From Octopus bimaculoides (Eukaryota): a DNA stretch of 40,189 nucleotides. This document shows positions 38,398 through 40,189 of this stretch, in pieces. Within the stretch, counting starts at the first letter, position 1, and each line of letters opens with the position of its first letter. The position numbers and the translations under genes were made by a program. Below the pieces are notes generated by a model. The model was not told the origin of the DNA. It made no database searches and saw only the letters and a list, made by a program, of their open reading frames with translations. The stretch is from NCBI RefSeq assembly GCF_001194135.2, contig NC_068982.1, positions 110,384,211-110,424,399 of the forward strand, read 5' to 3'.

Positions 38398-38654
38398 GTG
38401 GGCAATTATGGGGTGAATTTTAAGGCTTATAAATCTATTATTTTTCTATCCTTCCTCAATACCNNNNNNNNNNNNNNNNNNNNNNNNNNNNNNNNNNNNN
38501 NNNNNNNNNNNNNNNNNNNNNNNNNNNNNNNNNNNNNNNNNNNNNNNNNNNNNNNNNNNNNNNNNNNNNNNNNNNNNNNNNNNNNNNNNNNNNNNNNNNN
38601 NNNNNNNNNNNNNNNNNNNNNNNNNNNNNNNNNNNNNNNNNNNNNNNNNNNNNN

Positions 38655-38771
38655 GTTTTCGTATTTTCCAGTGTTGTTCCCTGTCTATTATTTTAACTTC
38701 ATCCCACAGGGGGAGGTGGTTTCCATTTTTCCATACATGATCAGCTATACCCGCTTTATCAATATCTCCTC
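38655..38771 (-). pseudogene. Penelope GIY-YIG (Uri) endonuclease C-terminal fragment
   Basis: RGDIDKAGIADHVWKNGNHLPLWDEVKIIDREQHWKIRK matches the PLE pattern S.IA.H....H...W..VKII..E..W..RK; continues into the N-gap. Confidence 0.8.
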
Positions 38772-38817
38772 TAGTAACATCGATAGGAATGAGAACCCAG
38801 GTTCGAAATTTCCCCAA

Positions 38818-38863
38818 GACACCTGACGAAGGCTGGAGGGTGTATCAGCCGAAACGTTGTGTT
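38818..38863 (+). ncRNA. Minimal type-I hammerhead ribozyme motif
   Basis: GACAC CUGACGA A GGCUG gagggUGUAU CAGCC GAA ACGU U GUGUU; predicted cleavage after U38858. Confidence 0.8.
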
Positions 38864-39430
38864 AACAACAAACAAGATGAGGACGAATATCCATCAAATG
38901 TAAATAATGTAAATAATGTTAATAATGCTTAGTTGGCATCGGTTTTTGTGAGCTCAATCAGGCGTTTGAATGGAAATTCCCATAACGATGTTATTTTTCC
39001 TGTAGCTTTTGCATTTTTTCACATGTAAAATTTCAACAAAATCGATAGACTAGTCGCTAAGGAAATGCTTATTCAATACAAGGTCAGAGGTGGGCTTAAC
39101 TTCAGCATGGAAAACACGAACAATGCCGGGTCCAACAGCTAGTATATACCTATATATGTAAAAACATCATCATCGTTTAACGTCAGTTACATATACATAG
39201 AGATTTATATGTACATAGGAAGACAAATATATATATACACACACAAGCATATATACATACACATTTAATTATTCACACACATGTATATGAGTGTACAGGT
39301 ATGTGTGTATGAATATATGCATGTATGTATATGCATATATTCATATATAAATGCACACATGTAGAGAAAGAAACAAACAATTACAAATATATGACGAGTG
39401 TGTGTGTATTTATATATATATATATATATA

Positions 39431-39620
39431 TTGTTTCAGTCATTTGACTGCGGTCATTCTGGAGCACTGCCTTAAGTCAAACAAATCGATCCCAGAACTT
39501 GTTCTTTGTAAGTCTAGTACTTATTCTATCATTCTCTTTTGCTGAACCATGAGGTTACGTGGATGTAAACACACCAACATTGGTTGTCAAGCGATGGTGA
39601 GGGGGACAAACACACACACA
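39431..39620 (-). mobile_element. SINE body fragment
   Basis: ttgtttcagtcatttgactgcggtcattctggagcac...cgatcccag...ctagtacttattctatc resembles the central block of the 25789 family. Confidence 0.7.
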
Positions 39621-39694
39621 CAAATATATACATACATCATCATCGTCGTTTACCGTTCACTTTCCATGCTAGCATGGGTTATATATATATACAC

Positions 39695-40187
39695 TAAACT
39701 CGGCTTGCAAAGACCTGTTGGGGCAAGCGAAAGCAAAATCGTGATGGCACCTGTACCAGCGGAGCACTAACAGCACCATCCAAGCGTGATCGTTGCCAGA
39801 GCACCAGCTGTGTAGCTTCCGTGCCAGTGGCACATAGATAGCACTATTTGAGCATGATCATTACCAACGTCGCCTTCCTGGCACATGAAAAGTCATTTGA
39901 GCGAGATCGTTGCCAGTGCCGCCGAACTGGCTCCTGTGCAGGTGGCACGTAAAATACACCATTTCGAGCGTTGCCGTTGCCAGTACCGCCTGACTGGCCT
40001 TTGTGCCGGTGGCATGTAAAAGCACCCACTACACTCAGAGTGGTTGGCGTTAGGAAGGGCATCCAGCTGTAGAAACTCTGCCAAATCAGATTGGAGCCTG
40101 GTGTAGCCACCTGGTTCACCAATCCTCAGTCAAATTGTCCAACCCATGCTAGCGTGGAAAGCAGACGTTAAACAATGATGATGATGT
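39695..40187 (+). mobile_element. RTE LINE long 3' UTR with tandem hairpin units
   Basis: About 60-65-bp units with gtgcc-N3-ggcac; tail gttaaacaatgatgatgatg. Confidence 0.9.
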
Positions 40188-40189
40188 GA

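Larger units (their letters stand above)
38100..38920 (-). mobile_element. 5'-truncated Penelope-like retroelement with inverted pseudo-LTR
   Basis: 11-bp TSD aataatgctta (38089-38099, 38921-38931); GIY-YIG fragment; 146-bp inverted repeats 38125-38270 / 38772-38917 with 3 mismatches. Confidence 0.85.
37930..39142 (+). mobile_element. Non-autonomous Helitron-like element interrupted by a Penelope insertion
   Basis: A|TCTATATAAATAAA 5' end; aatgccgggtccaacagCTAG|T 3' end; no TSD; subterminal hairpin degenerate. Confidence 0.6.

Noticed and set aside
39760-40030. CRISPR-like repeat-spacer appearance of the hairpin arrays
   Set aside because: Eukaryotic LINE 3' UTR; the intervening segments are homologous to each other, not unique spacers

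Overview
AT-rich eukaryotic genomic DNA with four N-gaps, most likely an Octopus scaffold. This is inferred from the repeat families and the dense (TA)n/(CA)n microsatellites. Most listed six-frame ORFs are microsatellite or transposon artefacts. The window holds about 19 5'-truncated copies of one RTE-clade LINE, a second RTE family, CR1-group remnants, several tRNA-headed SINEs, four decayed Tc1/mariner-superfamily elements, pogo- and piggyBac-type MITEs and an unclassified 641-bp element with 17-bp TIRs. A few minus-strand exon candidates suggest an unidentified host gene with long introns; the best is 10941-11079. The most striking locus is 37930-39142, where a Helitron-like element is interrupted by a 5'-truncated Penelope-like retroelement. 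That insertion has an 11-bp TSD, a GIY-YIG fragment and 146-bp inverted repeats, each carrying a minimal type-I hammerhead ribozyme motif. A tRNA-like Pol III promoter lies just upstream of one of the ribozymes.
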